Of a stretch of DNA of 64,000 nucleotides, positions 1 to 13,556 are shown piece by piece (the first letter of the stretch is position 1; every line of letters starts with the position of its first letter). Source of the DNA: Bugula neritina (lineage: Eukaryota > Animalia > Bryozoa); assembly GCA_964035545.1 (NCBI GenBank), contig OZ037771.1, forward strand, positions 12,156,480 to 12,220,479, in the 5' to 3' direction. The notes beneath the pieces are model-generated. The model did not search any database, was not told the origin of the DNA, and saw nothing but the letters and a program-made list of their open reading frames with translations. The position numbers and the translations under genes were made by a program.

Positions 1-1838
1 AACTGAAATTCCAGTGCACTACTTGTAAGAATGGGCTTAGTGCTTTATAGTGCCTTGAAATTTTTTCAAGTCTAATTGGCACCATGCTATTAGAATTCGC
101 AGAGAGATGACCCTTTAAACTTTCACTTTAAACTTTAATACCTTCACGATTTTCAGTAAAAAATTCAATTTATCTAGGTCTGAAATTTCACCGAGTTGCA
201 TTGCAAGCCGCTGGTCAAAATGTTTAGTTTGTGATAACTTAATCAGCTGATTTCAGAATAACAATCATTGGGAATGACATCTTCATGTAGATATAGATAT
301 TTATGCTTATAATTATATCGGCTGCCTTCATCAATCATCGATACTATGCTGCCAAATCAACTAATTAATTACAGTTGGAAACTTCAAAGGGCATTGAATA
401 GCAATTAAGCAAGTTATACTTTTAATATTACAAAAAGAACTTATGCATCAATATGATTTAAAATATAGGTGGGCACTCCGCTAGTGATATTAACTGAAAC
501 TGGAACTTTTTTCATGCAGGAAAAGCAAAAACGCATCTCAAAAGAAACCTAAAAATGTCCAGCACACTTTATGCTTTGACAACACGCACACAATAACTTC
601 GTTTATGGTACAAACCTTTTTGTTGATTGTTTTCCAACATTTTCACTAGAGCAAAGCCGAAAGAAATTTGGAAACTGCATAATGATGCCAGCCACCGTGG
701 CATCATCTTCTCTGGAAAATTATTGACAAATCATCACCCAAAAACTTCACCAAAGCCTCCATCAGTAGTATGTAATACTTTAGATGAAACTAAAAAGAAA
801 GAGACAATATTTTCGTGTAATTTAACCCATCAATAAACGCATCAATAGTTAGTGTGGCCACGGTTTAAACCTCATTAATTTCATGCTATTTAAGGCTTTT
901 ACAACTTAAAAGATGTAATTCATCTGCAAGAGAAATGTTAGGTATATGAAATGAGTAGAAGTGCAAAAGCAAGCAGGTATTAAGGAAGGAAGAGTTAGTA
1001 GGTGTACTTTGACTTGCGATAAATCAATGTGATACCAGATGTGAATTTTGAGGAGTGTTTACTCCAATCTCACTGAAAAGGTAGAAATAGCTAAATTTAC
1101 GAGACACACAATATTTTATGAAATACTGCACATTCATTAAAACTTTATAAAACTCTAGTGTGAAGGGTGACTCACACTTTTAAACCGTAGATGAGCTAAG
1201 TTGTAAAAGTTTGATGAGAACCTTTTACTCTATAAATTTATGCAATATAAAATACTCTCCACATATTCAACAGCTATGAAGTTTTGTTGAAGATAAACTT
1301 CCTCAACAAATATACAGAAAAAAGCTATTTGAAAGCCAAATTTCATTAGCATAATATAAGATTATTTGTGTTTCATCTTTATAAACAGTGATTTAGTCAT
1401 TTAACGGATAACTAAAGATTTCACTTTGTTTTTCATTCAATAAAAACTAAGTGTAGTCATGGTATTAAAAACAGCTTTCATTTCTCACTTTTTTTCTCAC
1501 CCTAATCTGCGTAGGCAAACAATTGGTTTGTTTCAAACACCACAACAGTAAAGCGTGACAGCATAGCCAGTGGAGAAAACAATCATCTATACTGCTGGAT
1601 CAGTGGCAATTTGTGAGTGTGTCAGAGTAGTGTCTTGTTGTGTGACTCTACAAATAAATTATGAATTTGAATATACTACAAAGTTGCAAACATTGTTTTA
1701 ACAAAACACAGCATTTATTTGATATTATATGTAAAGCTCAAGTTGGTATAATATATATTAAATAAATTTTAGCTTTCCTTTTGGATACTCTGAAACAAAA
1801 TAAAAAAATAAACCAAAATTGGGTAAAGCCATGCAAAC

Positions 1839-2148
1839 TAGAGAAAGAGAGAGTGGGAGAGGGGGGGGGGGGTGGGAGAGAAAGGTTAGGAGAGAGGATG
1901 GAAGAGAGATGGGGTAAAAGAGAAAAAGGGAGGGAGTCAGAGAGATAGTGGAAAAGGGAAGAGAGAAAGGTTAGGAGAGAGAGAAAGTGGGAAAGACGGA
2001 GAGTGGGAGAGAGAGGGAGAAGGTGGGAGAGACAGAGGGTGGGAGAGAGGGAGGGTGGGAGAGAGGGAGGGTGGGAGAGAGGGAGAGAAAGAGAGAGAGG
2101 TTGAGTGGAAGGTGTGGGAGAAAGAGACAGAGAGAGGAGTGAGAGAGC
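1839..2148 (+). repeat. GA-rich polypurine simple repeat (mirror copy 24255-24473 includes a pure (TC)n run)
   Basis: gagagaggg/gtgggagaga motifs seen directly. The overlapping L/S/P-rich and RE-rich ORFs are translations of it. Confidence 0.9.
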
Positions 2149-2767
2149 TTCAAAACTAACACCATTAACTTAAAAAATGTTGATAAAAACTGCAGCAAGT
2201 CTTTAAAAACGATGCTAGCAAGTTCAAAGCTCACTATAACTTTCAAAATCAATAAAATGTCAAGTTCAAAAAACTCATCTGCGAGCAAAAAATAGTTACA
2301 GAGACAACCAGGTATTGGGCAAGAGCCAGCTAATAGGAGTACCTTTTTAGATAAACTGCATGCAGGCACAGTGAGATAGCATCGGTGAGTTGTGTCTTCA
2401 TTTTAATTTCCTAAAAATGAACATAAACAGATGCTAGTAATGAAAGTTTTCAGGGTTATTAAGGGTGCAATTTTATCACTAAACATCATAGCAATAGCAA
2501 AAATTGCTCAGTACAAATTTAAGAAAAATTTCTTTCATCCATTACATAAGACCCGAAATCAAATCCATTTATTCAATTCATCAAGCTGAAAAACCAAGAA
2601 TAATCAGAAAGACAGTAAAATCACTTTCTAGTAAAAAACAGCTTTAGATCATAATTGTTGGGTTCAGCTCTTAAGCTAAGACACCGATGCACTGAAATAC
2701 GAAAAAGATCAGCATACTTTTGACTGTCACAAAATTTTTTTTACGTGTAACAGACATTTTAAGGTCA

Positions 2768-2810
2768 CCCCCCACCCGCGCAGGACCACGTTGGTGAAAG
2801 GTGACCAGAT
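2768..2810 (+). mobile_element. Extremely 5'-truncated RTE insertion (3' tip only) with target-site duplication; mirror copy ~23593-23636
   Basis: ccacccgcgcaggaccacg..ggtgaaaggtgacca matches the 3' end of the RTE at 37707-37743. Flanked by direct repeat attttaaggtca (2756-2767 and 2811-2822). Confidence 0.88.
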
Positions 2811-5800
2811 ATTTTAAGGTCAATCAAAATCAAGCAAAGTTCATCGTCATATGGCTTACTGCTTAATGCTGCAGCTTATTTTTGCTTACCAAGTTTCTTT
2901 CTGCAGAATAATTGTAGCTAGCTTCTCGATTTGCCATCTTTATTCCAGTCCAGGTTCAAATGACATCTTGATCGTTGCAAATATCCATGCAAGCTAAAAA
3001 ATATTTATCAATCAGTACAACAACAGAAATACTTACAATGATCCAAATATTACTATTACATTACTATAACATTACACAGTAACACTATGTTTATAATTGT
3101 AATACGGAAGCATGACTTTGTGGTAGTTTGATATGCTATAGCAAAAGGTAGAAAAATCAACTGAAAAACCGACAGAAATAATCAAGTACAATTAACTAAA
3201 GTAAATAAACTTACTGAATAGTAAATATTTTACTATACTTAGTGAATTGATTTACTTCCACTAGGTTTACTTTCATGATTAAATGCTTCTGTCTATTTTC
3301 CAGTTTATAGGAATATATTAAAAGTGAAACCAATTATAATTACTATTACCTTATCTAGTTTTGACTATATATTTTTCACAAATATAAACATAGTTATATG
3401 CGTATTCCTATTGTGACTGCAGATACCATTGCGGTAACTGAAATCAAACTTCATTCTACTTCAAGTTTCAAACATTGTCCCAGTTCAAAGACTAACAAGT
3501 AAATAATTAATAACTGTGAAAGCTCCAATAAGTTACTTCATTATTAAATAAGATACAACTGATTCTACTGTATATGATACTATGGTATCTGTATTAAATT
3601 AAAACATAATTATGAAAATCAAAAGTTGTATTTTGAGCACTTATATTATAGTAATTAAATTAACAGCTTAAAATAGGCACATTAAACCATGATTGGAATT
3701 TTTATCCATTTATCTTTATAATTATATTTATTCTTTATTCTGAAAGTTGACCCAACACTGGTAACAAAACTAAAAGTAATTGATTAAGTATGATTTATTC
3801 TTACACACTTTACCATTATATTTAGTCTTCCTGACTTTCAGTCTGTCATAGTGATTACTACTATATGAAAATGACTTTGACTTAGGAGTCATAATTATAG
3901 TCACAGTGTTGATAAGTCAACAGTGTAGGATTAACACAGCACTAGACTAGTACTACCTCCAGCTTTCAAGTTTATGTTAGGGTATCTCTAAGACTAAAGA
4001 GTAACCCTAATAATGTAAGCAAAGAGCAGTGAGTAATAAGCATGCTATTCAACTTCAAGTTTCACTAGTACTATAACCAATACCACATGTATTTTAATAA
4101 AATTATGTAGCTGGTGAGTGAACTATAAAATTAAATAGGGATCAAACTTTGAGCAATATTAATAGAAATAATATTAGGACAGAGGTTTCCAATTATTAGT
4201 ATGTGAAACCAAAGGGGAATGGATAACTACTATTAGTATTATTACATTTACTTTATATTTAGTTTTACCAGTTCGTATTATGATTATCTTACTTTGAATT
4301 GTAAAGTATAATAATTATAATATTCATAGTAGTATATTTATATTAGTAATTAATATGTATAATAGTAAAAACATTTGTTTTAAGTTGCTTGTTTATTAAA
4401 TTATTCTAAATCCTAATAACGATAATCTTAATATTAGTGATAATCATTATGCTCATCACTGTCCCCAAGTGCTATCAGTATGACCATCGCAATGTGAACC
4501 TAGACGTGAATGTAAAAAGGCACTGCAAAACAGAACATGGGATGGAGGCAGATATCCATACCATAATACAAATATCGATATTGAATTTAATAATCATAAT
4601 TATTATACAAATATAATGATAATAACTACAATGGTCAAAAATAAATAATACCAAAGAGTTTTCGAATTACTATTCATAAAATCAAATATCACATTTATAA
4701 AGATATAATCATATCTATTATTAAATTTAAGTCAATTATACTAATAGCAATAGTAATATAAATAGAAAAAAGAATCATTGACCAGGAGTAGGTGCAAAAT
4801 AAAAGTCAATTTTAAGACAAAGAGTAAGAAAAATACTAAATCGATATTTAAAATTACTTATTTTTAATCTTAGTCACTTACAGTCAGTCTTAGTTTAATT
4901 TTTACTACTAAGTCTTTAATTTCAAGTTCATTTTGACAATAAACTTGAAGACTTTAACTAAGAATATGTATAATTCAAAATTCCAAACTGGTACAAGTAA
5001 AAGTTGCTACTGAAGCTTTGTAATATTATTTTAAATTATTGGTATGATAGCATTATATTTTGATTCATAGCAATACTGATAGTGACAATTTCAAACATAC
5101 CCATACCATTACTGTTACAGTTTAAGTTACTATTGCCATTGTGATTGCCGGTAATGAGTAAATATAACCTAAATTTATATGACTATTACTATTACTATTA
5201 GTATTACTATCACTTTCAGTACCGGTCTAGTATCAGTATCACCTTAATTCAAAATCAATGTATAATTTATCAAATTACTTTTATATTATCATTTATCAAT
5301 AATATGTTTATCACTATGATATTATCATGATATTGATTTTTAATTTAAACATAATAAAATCATAGGTATAATCATAGGTATAATCATAATGCTTAATTTT
5401 ACTTTTAGTTCAGGTTCAATGATTTAAGAGTAAGTGAAAGTTACTATAACTATTGCCATTGTGATTGCTAGAAATAAGTAAATATAATTTAAATTTATAT
5501 GACTATTACTATTACCAACACTCAGACTTACTCGGACTCACTCTGTCTCTAACTCTAAGTCTGAGTCTCACTCCACCAGAGTGAGAGTGACACTGAATTA
5601 CTATAAGTATAACTATTACTATAACTATTAGTATTAGTATTAGTATTAGCAAAATATATCAACCTTATGATCATCTTATTAGTTATTACAATATGTTCGG
5701 CATTGATGTTGAACTAAAAATATTAATAGTTATTACAATCACAATGACAATGCCAATATGATCAAAGACAAATGATTCCAAGCAGTTTCAGTTTGAGTTT

Positions 5801-6059
5801 GAGTTGAAGGTAAGTTATAAGTTGAAGTAGTACGTAAGTGGTAGTTGATACTGATACTATCAGTGATAGGTCTATACTCCATACCAATGAACTCAATAAT
5901 ATTACCTATATATTACCATAAATTATATTACTATTAGTATTACCTATAATTAAAATATATTCTTTCTTTTCCAGCTCAGTGCTTCATACCCTCTACTTAG
6001 TCTAATGCCGCGCACATGACGAGAATGTGAGGTGAAGGTCACTCACAGCTAAAATCGCC

Positions 6060-6438
6060 AGTAGTAGTAGTTCTAGTAGTCGTACTACCAGTAATCTGGC
6101 TTCGCTATGACACTACGAATTGAATGTTGACAAGACGCATGCATGTTTGCTGTTGGTAAACTAATTTTTACTGAATTTTAATCACTAGTAGTAGTAGTTC
6201 TAGTAGTCGTACTACCAGTAATCTGGCTTCGCTATGACACTACGAATTGAATGTTGACAAGACGCATGCATGTTTGCTGTTGGTAAACTAATTTTTACTG
6301 AATTTTAATCACTAGTAGTAGTAGTTCTAGTAGTCGTACTACCAGTAATCTGGCTTCGCTATGACACTACGAATTGAATGTTGACAAGACGCATGCATGT
6401 TTGCTGTTGGTAAACTAATTTTTACTGAATTTTAATCA
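6060..6438 (+). repeat. Three tandem copies of a 127-bp unit
   Basis: ttctagtagtcg starts at 6071, 6198 and 6325. Only one copy is present in the right arm (~20204-20331). Confidence 0.95.
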
Positions 6439-6959
6439 TGCTAAGCTGCAACCTATTTTCTAATGAAATAATATATTCAATATTCAATAATAATATAATA
6501 AATATAATAATTATCATTATGATTATAATATTTTATCATTTAATTTTATAACTCTTACTTTTAGTTTTAGTATTTTGGTTTTACATCAAAATTTACATCA
6601 TTATGATTATCATTATGATTACAAAATGAAAATAATTATCATTAATCATTACCTTTTAATTTATGATTATAATTAATGTTAGAATTACCACAATTACAAT
6701 CATAATGATAATCATAATAGCATAATGCCAATGATAATCACAATCGTAACACTAATAATAATAGTAATAGTCAAACTCAAGGGTTGAGCCAATGATTCAG
6801 ATTGTCTAAATTTAATTAAATAAATTTCAGCCTTGGGTTTAACTTTACAGTTCACAATTTTATTTTACATTACGACTGAGAGTCACAGTAAGACTAAGAA
6901 AAAGAGTAAGTCATACCTTTCTTGCAGTTATTTTCAAAGTTTGTAGTTGTACTGGTACA

Positions 6960-7092
6960 GTAGTAGACCTAGTAGTAGTACTAGTAGTAGTAGTAGTAAC
7001 AGTACTATTAGTAGTAGTAGTAGTAGTAGTAGTACTAGTACTAGTAGCAGTACTAGTACTAGTTGTAGTACTAGTATCAGTGGTAGTAGTAA
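6960..7092 (+). repeat. Imperfect (AGT)n microsatellite (mirror (ACT)n at ~19560-19690)
   Basis: Directly visible; it explains the poly-Ser ORF 6947-7135. Confidence 0.92.
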
Positions 7093-8139
7093 TAGGACTG
7101 CGATCTTAGATGTAAGTATGATAAAATACGAATAATAATAGTATAAGTATAACTTTTACATATTTAGTTTTACTATAAGTGTAAATATAATGAGTAATAG
7201 TAAAACTCAAAGTATATACATTAACTCAGTTTAGCATTAATGATAAAATATAATAATTATAATAAAGTAATATGATCACCATTACGATTATAATTAAAAT
7301 TCTTAGTAACACTTTTATGATACTCAGTTTAATTTATTAATATTAAACATTAGTTTGGCTACCACAAATAACTAATAAGTGCTACTATAGGTAACTGTAA
7401 AGATAAGCATAAATTTAACTATAACATAGACTATCAGCAATAATAATATATCATATTGATATTAAACTATATATGGATAATGCAAATCATAGATCATACC
7501 TCATGATAATTATTCCTAATGATCTTACTTTTTATATGCTGATGCTAATAAGTAGTAATTTTAAATTTGATAACTCATGAATGATGAATAAGATAACAAG
7601 AATAATACTGGACCTAGTAATACTATTAGTCCTACTACTAGAATTTTATTATCTTATATTTGTAATACGCTTCTTTTAGTAATACTGCTGGTCAAAGTTA
7701 GTGTTAATCATATTTATAGTTAAATGTTGAAGGAATAAATTAGTTCATAACATAAACATTTCACTATGTGAATATGAAATTTGATATGAATATCCCAATT
7801 ACACTTGCTGTTGCTCTTTAGAGACTAGAGTTATAACTTATAACTATGATATAATAATGAATACCATTATTTTAACTAATCATATTACTCAGCTAATGTT
7901 AATGATAACTGTAAGTCTAAAAACCATTACGGTTATAGGTATCACTGACTAATATTATTAATAATATAATCATTCGTTTTATACTTGTACCTATATTTAT
8001 ATTTATACTTATACCTATTTTTATACTTATGATCATATCTATACTTTCACGTATGCTTGTACATTTTACTCATAGTATCAGGGTGGCAATCGAAAAGTCA
8101 TAATCGATATGCTAATCTAATAATAGAACCAACTGCACT

Positions 8140-11110
8140 ATTATTATTATTATTGTTGATTGACCGTAGTTTTTTAGCTGGTGTAACCTTTTACCATTGG
8201 CCTAGTTATACTAGGCTGAAATGGCTAGAACTTTCCTCAGGATGTGAGCTTATCCTGATCCTAGTAAGGGTGTCTGCTGAATTAATGAGCATTTGTTTTC
8301 AGCTACTCCAAGTAGTGTCAGCCAGTCTACAATCTTGTATAAAGCTCCAAAGGCTCCAGTTACAACGGGATGACTTTTTTGATGTTTTCCAAAGGCGGGT
8401 TTATTCTAGTGCTAAATTCTGATATTTTCCTAACTTTTCGAATTTTTTTCTTTTACTCTGTAGTTAACAGGGACTGTGATATCAATTATTGTTGTTTCAG
8501 CATTATGCTTGTCAACTACTAATATATCGGGTCTCCTAACTTTGATGACTACGTCAGTGTGTATGTTAAAATCTTACAAGGTTCTCACATTATCATTTTC
8601 CAGTACTTATTCTGCTTGATGGCCGTACCAATTCTTACTTTTCTGAAACCCACGAAGTTCACACAACTACTATTGAAATTATCAATGCCAAAAGGTTGTG
8701 TTTTTTCTTATATTCTCCTTCTGCTACCTTCTCAAACTCACTCAATACGTGCATCGAAGTTTTGTCTCTTGCGTTATACATTCCACACTTCTTGCTACCC
8801 TGTTCTCTCATCATAGCCACTTTATAATTTCTAGTAGTGTATAGTTGATTTTGCGCAGCTGTCAGCAGTCCTTCTGTTTCCTTTTTCAGCCAACCATACT
8901 TCAACCAGTTCCAGGAAAATGCTTTCATGTCTTCCACCATTTTGATGTATTGACCACGTGAAGCTTTTCTTTACACTCATCAGTTCTTTCTATCACTTTA
9001 TCATTATTTAGTTCTACCGCTGTTCTGTCTTTTAGGAAGGTATTCAGTGTGGTGTTTCTATCAGTCTATGTTATATTTATGTAGTCTGACATGCTGCAGT
9101 TTTCAATCTTTATGCATTTTTCAGTTGACAACATTCTTCTACCGCCTTCCCTTCTGCTAAAATACAGCCTGCCTACATCTGCTCTCGGATAGGGTGCACG
9201 GTTTGTTGTCATTAGCTTCCTTGTCTTTCAGTCCATATTTTTTAGCTCATGAAACAGTTCAGTCAAGTATTCTAGCTGTGTAATGCACTGCTGTTACTGC
9301 CCATGTGTTTATTGCTTTGATTGTGTTCTCACCATTCAGTTTTGAATCCAGAACTTTTCTTATTTATTTGTAGTACTCCTTGATCTTATTTTTCATTTCA
9401 TATATTTGTATTCCATCAATCTCAAGAACTCCTAGATATTTATACGGCTTCTCACCCAGATCTTTGATTACCTGTTCATCAGGCAAACTGATTCCTGTGT
9501 CCTTAATTTTCTTTCCCTTTCTCATGACCAGTGTGGCACATTTTTTAATCCAAATTTCATTTCTATATTCCTTGTGAAGATCCCGGCAGTGTTTACCAAA
9601 GCTTCCAGTTCCCACTTTGATTTCCTATTTACCTTCAGGTCATCCACATATAGGAGATGGTTTGTTTTCTGTCTCGTCGAAATTTGCATCATTGAGCCGC
9701 TTCTGTCATGCGAATCGGTAGTTGGAGAAAAGGGATAGAGATAAAGAGTCTCCTTGGAAAATTCTTAGTTTGATCTTTATTTCTCCTATCTTTTCTTCCA
9801 GGTATTTCAGTTGTGTTTTCCAGGTTTCATGCTTTTTCTTATCAACCTTATGACATTAATTGCTATTCCAGTTGTTTGCATCGTTTCTAAGATCTAATTT
9901 CCTTGTCTTTACATATGCTCCAATTTGTTGCTAACTTTATTTAGTCATTCTGCATTGGTATTATTTTTAGTTGGCTGACCCCATATATTTTATCAGAATG
10001 CTTTTGATTTCCTTGTCAGGTGCCTCTTTAGATGTACGTATTCATTTCCGCGTAATTCATGATAAAAGCGCTTATCATTGTAAACATTGTATTCTGATTA
10101 TATTGATCAACTCATTCTGTATATCTGTTTATCTTCTGGCTTACAGCTCTCAGGTTTTGCTTCAGTTTTTCAATCACTACACCACACTCTTTGTTCTTTA
10201 TCCTATATTTTTCTTCAACCATTCTTCTCAATGAATCATTGTAAGCTCTACTTTTTCACTCTGCTATTTTACTTAAGTCTGATCTAATTTCTTTTTATTT
10301 CTTCTGCAGTCGTATTTTCCATACTTGTACATTGTCAGTTTTTCTTTTTCCTTTTTGTTACACACTTGTTCTGTTACTATTTTTCGCACAATTATGGTGG
10401 TGTTATTAAGCTCAATGGTATTAATAATCTCAACACAGTTTAGCACATCATTAATCTGTTTTACTGCCTGTAGTAATTTGACCCTCTCAATGTGCCTAAG
10501 GGCTCTTAGTGTTGGTCGATCATTAGATAGTTTGTTATGCTCATTTATAATTTTTCTACTAACACTTTTTCTACCTCTGAACTAGGTACTCTTAAAATTC
10601 TCATGGCTGATTTATATACTATCTCATGTTGTACTATAACATCCTCTATTTGCAAATTTAGCTCTTCATTATCTTCTTCACCAATTGATGTGCCTAGTTC
10701 TTGCAAGGTTCCTTCTTCAATCTTATGGAGTTCTTCTTCCATAAAATGCTTGTGTTTCTTCATAGTTCTTGCTTAATCCGCTAGTCTCTATTCGCTGATG
10801 TTAAACTCTCCTCTGTTTTCCAGCATTTGCACATTCTTTTTAAATAATTCTTTGATCCGGGTCTACAGAGCTCATACATTGTTTTTCTATAACCTCTCAA
10901 TTTGGGTGTACTTTTGAAGCAGCATTTCATGACAACTTTGTTGTCTTCTCTTGAGTATCTTCTTTTAGTTGTGCCATTAACGGGTTGACGGCCGTAGGTT
11001 GCCTGGCCCTCCACATACCCACTGCCAGACGAGACATGCCATGTTTAGTTAGACATACCATTAACGTCGTTGGCTTTATTAGTTCTATTTTAATGGATCA
11101 TATTATTATT
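8140..11110 (-). mobile_element. Decayed R4/Dong-clade non-LTR retrotransposon (RT + CCHC + restriction-like endonuclease), both ends present, internal deletion
   Basis: N-terminal RRYSREDNKVVMKCCFKSTPKLRGYRK (10781-11014), RT HLLYVDDLK and YKYLGV, and GWLKKETEGLLTAAQ(N/D)Q. Degenerate CCHC finger, then RRPDILVVDK..IIDITVP..KYQNL (RLE). (TAA)n at both ends, as known for Dong. Many stops and frameshifts. Confidence 0.88.
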
Positions 11111-13170
11111 TTTAATTCTTATTATTATCACTATCAGTAGCAAATAAATAATTTTATATTTGTTATTAGTTACTACTTATAGAAATTGAGTGCCACAGCT
11201 TGAGGGTTATAAAGTCAGTCTTAGTCAATGTAATGGGGATGCTGATACTGACATTTGGGTTTGAGCTCATAGTTAAATTGCTAACATCTACCTAAGGATA
11301 ACAGGAGTATTAAAATGTTAATTTATAAGGATTATAACCTTAGAGTGGAGATATTATTCTCAATTTATTTAGTTTTTACTTTACTAACTTTTATTTTATT
11401 CATCAACCTTACTGTTTATTTAAATAGCAAACTAAAGAATAATTATGAAGGCCTTTGAATTGAAGTACTTTTCTGTAGCTGATTAGATTTCAAGTATTAA
11501 AATAACATACTAAGACAGAATACCATTATATGAGCTAGATTAATAAAGTAAAGAAGATTTCTTTGTTAATCAAAATATAGGTGTCACATATGCCTATTTT
11601 TAAGATTATGTTCTTATATGTGCTGTCTTTTTAATATTTTTAAAGTGCTACATTTTGAGGGTAGCCTACATCAATATGACTGCCCTGTAATTGCTTGTCA
11701 ACTATAAGAGTTAGACCTATAAACTGTCTCATTTTCAAATTATCTTTACTTTTCTAATTGATGTTAACATGACTATTCCTATTAGTATTTTGGTGTTTAC
11801 CATTAGTAATGTTTGAAGTAACATCAATATCATTGTTAATTTGTCTAATTATTCAAATTTTAATATTCATCATTTGTGAACAGTAATAAAATTTTGTCTT
11901 TCTTAAATTAATGTGATGCTAGATTAGCTACTCTAGCAAGTGTGTATTGTGCAATGAGTACTAATGCCATATTTTTGCACTTCTTGTTCTATATAAATTA
12001 GATTTAAGGTAACAATTCCTAAAGCTATCGCATAATGCTGCTATCAGTTATAAAGATGTCACTGATCCAAACATTGAAAACCAGCTGAGTGCATGCAAGG
12101 TTGAAAACTTATTTTCTCTGGTTAGGTAAGTAGAAAGGTATTTGCTGTAATTTACAACTATTTTGTTTTCAACATCCTTGATGTTCATCTCTAAAAGATA
12201 AGTAGCACATAATGGTACCTGTTTTACTTAGCAGAAGAAATTATTATCAAAGCTCTATTACTACATTTTAAATTGTATGACACTCTTTTGACTACATTTG
12301 ATTTCATATCTCAAATAATTATATTTCTGACTCATGAAACTGTAACCACACACTTGAGAACAAAATAAAGAATGATATGGAAGCTTTCTTTAACTTTGTC
12401 AATTTAGTCAACAGCCAATGACTGAAAACATGTTTTGTACACTATTGATTGCCTCTCTATTTCCGCTATAAGGCAGAAACTTTAATCTCAAAATTTAAGA
12501 CACTGGCAATTCTTCCCAATAATACGTTGTTCAAAACAAATATTTTTTGCCAAGTAATATAGTATTTAATTATATTTTTTAGTCAAAGAAATTTGTTTGG
12601 TTTCTTGTGTCATCTTGAATAGGTTGTTATTCATTATCTTTTTCTTCGTGTTATGGCTATGAGTGTATATAACCTTTGCTGACAGGTTTTTCCCCCATCA
12701 CTATATGTTTCTCTGTTTACTCTCTAACAGTTTTATTTCCGTTCATTTTTTAGAGTTTACTAAAATGACATGGGTGTGCTTTGTTGTGGCTCCTAATTGA
12801 GCACATCCGTTGAGATCATTGGAAGTTTTGTTGAAACTGAGCTGAGGCCTCTTACTCCTAAAGGCAAGAATTTGAGTCATCTTAGCAACTTGTAGCATAT
12901 CAACATCGAACAGCACCATTCCACTACTCTAAGCTTAAGGTTTTGGCTGCATTAGATCAACAGGTAAGTTTAATAGTTTGTATTTCGTACACTATTTCAT
13001 GATGTCTGTTCAGCATTTACTTGGTAGCACACATTTATAGATTTTGCATTCTTTTAGTTTTTTGCAGTACAACTTTTCTACGCAACTATTACACTGTTGT
13101 TGCTGTTAATTGTAGTTTATTCTGCTTGACCATGCAATTATTGAATTATGTTGCAAAGGTGATTGAGTCC

Positions 13171-13556
13171 TTTTATTTAATTTAGTACACACTGGAAATC
13201 TGCAGTTTTTAGCCAATTTTTACATTTTAGCTGCCAATGAACAATGCTTTTTGCTTAAAATCAGTGAGACATCAAGAAATACACCTAAATAATCAAGGTT
13301 CTTCTTAATTTTGCATGATTTCTCATGTTTTTTCCTATTTATTCATTCCATTTGGATTGCCTACTGTTACAAACTAACCGTGGCGATCCCCAGTCAGAAG
13401 TTGCTGTAATTAGAAAAAAAGCATAGGAAATCAAAGAAAATTAAAAAGAGCCTTGATTATTTAGGTGTATTTATTGATATTTTTTTAGTTTCGGGCCAAA
13501 ACTCATGTTCATTAGCAAAAACTTGAGATCTTCAGTATGTACTAACTTAAATAAAA
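13171..13556. mobile_element. Foldback/MITE-like element with long imperfect inverted repeats
   Basis: ttttatttaatttagtacacactg (13171) pairs with cagtatgtactaacttaaataaaa (ends 13556). aaatacacctaaataatcaagg (~13277) pairs with ccttgattatttaggtgtattt (~13450). No ORF. Confidence 0.7.

Larger units (their letters stand above)
1..10214 (+). repeat. Left arm of ~10.2-kb inverted duplication (pairs with 16435-26567; probably extends 5' of the window)
   Basis: Pos 1 aactgaaattccagtgcac is the reverse complement of 26549-26567. 10201-10214 tcctatatttttct pairs with 16435-16448. Mirrored ORF pairs on opposite strands: 627+/25714-, 1971-/24035+, 8057+/18226-, 8659-/17651+, 9380+/17070-. Confidence 0.97.

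Noticed and set aside
500-840. Possible MULE/zinc-ribbon transposase remnant (KCPAHF, NHHP)
   Set aside because: Motifs are too short, in different frames, and not conserved between arms.
1971-2369. 132-aa hydrophobic ORF, and mirrors 24035-24361 and 24287-24532
   Set aside because: Largely derived from the GA/TC simple repeat; no recognisable domain.
6060-6438. CRISPR-like array
   Set aside because: Whole units are identical with no unique spacers, in a eukaryotic context with no cas genes.
6947-7135. Ser/Thr-rich mucin-like ORF
   Set aside because: It is a translation of the (AGT)n repeat with a non-ATG start.
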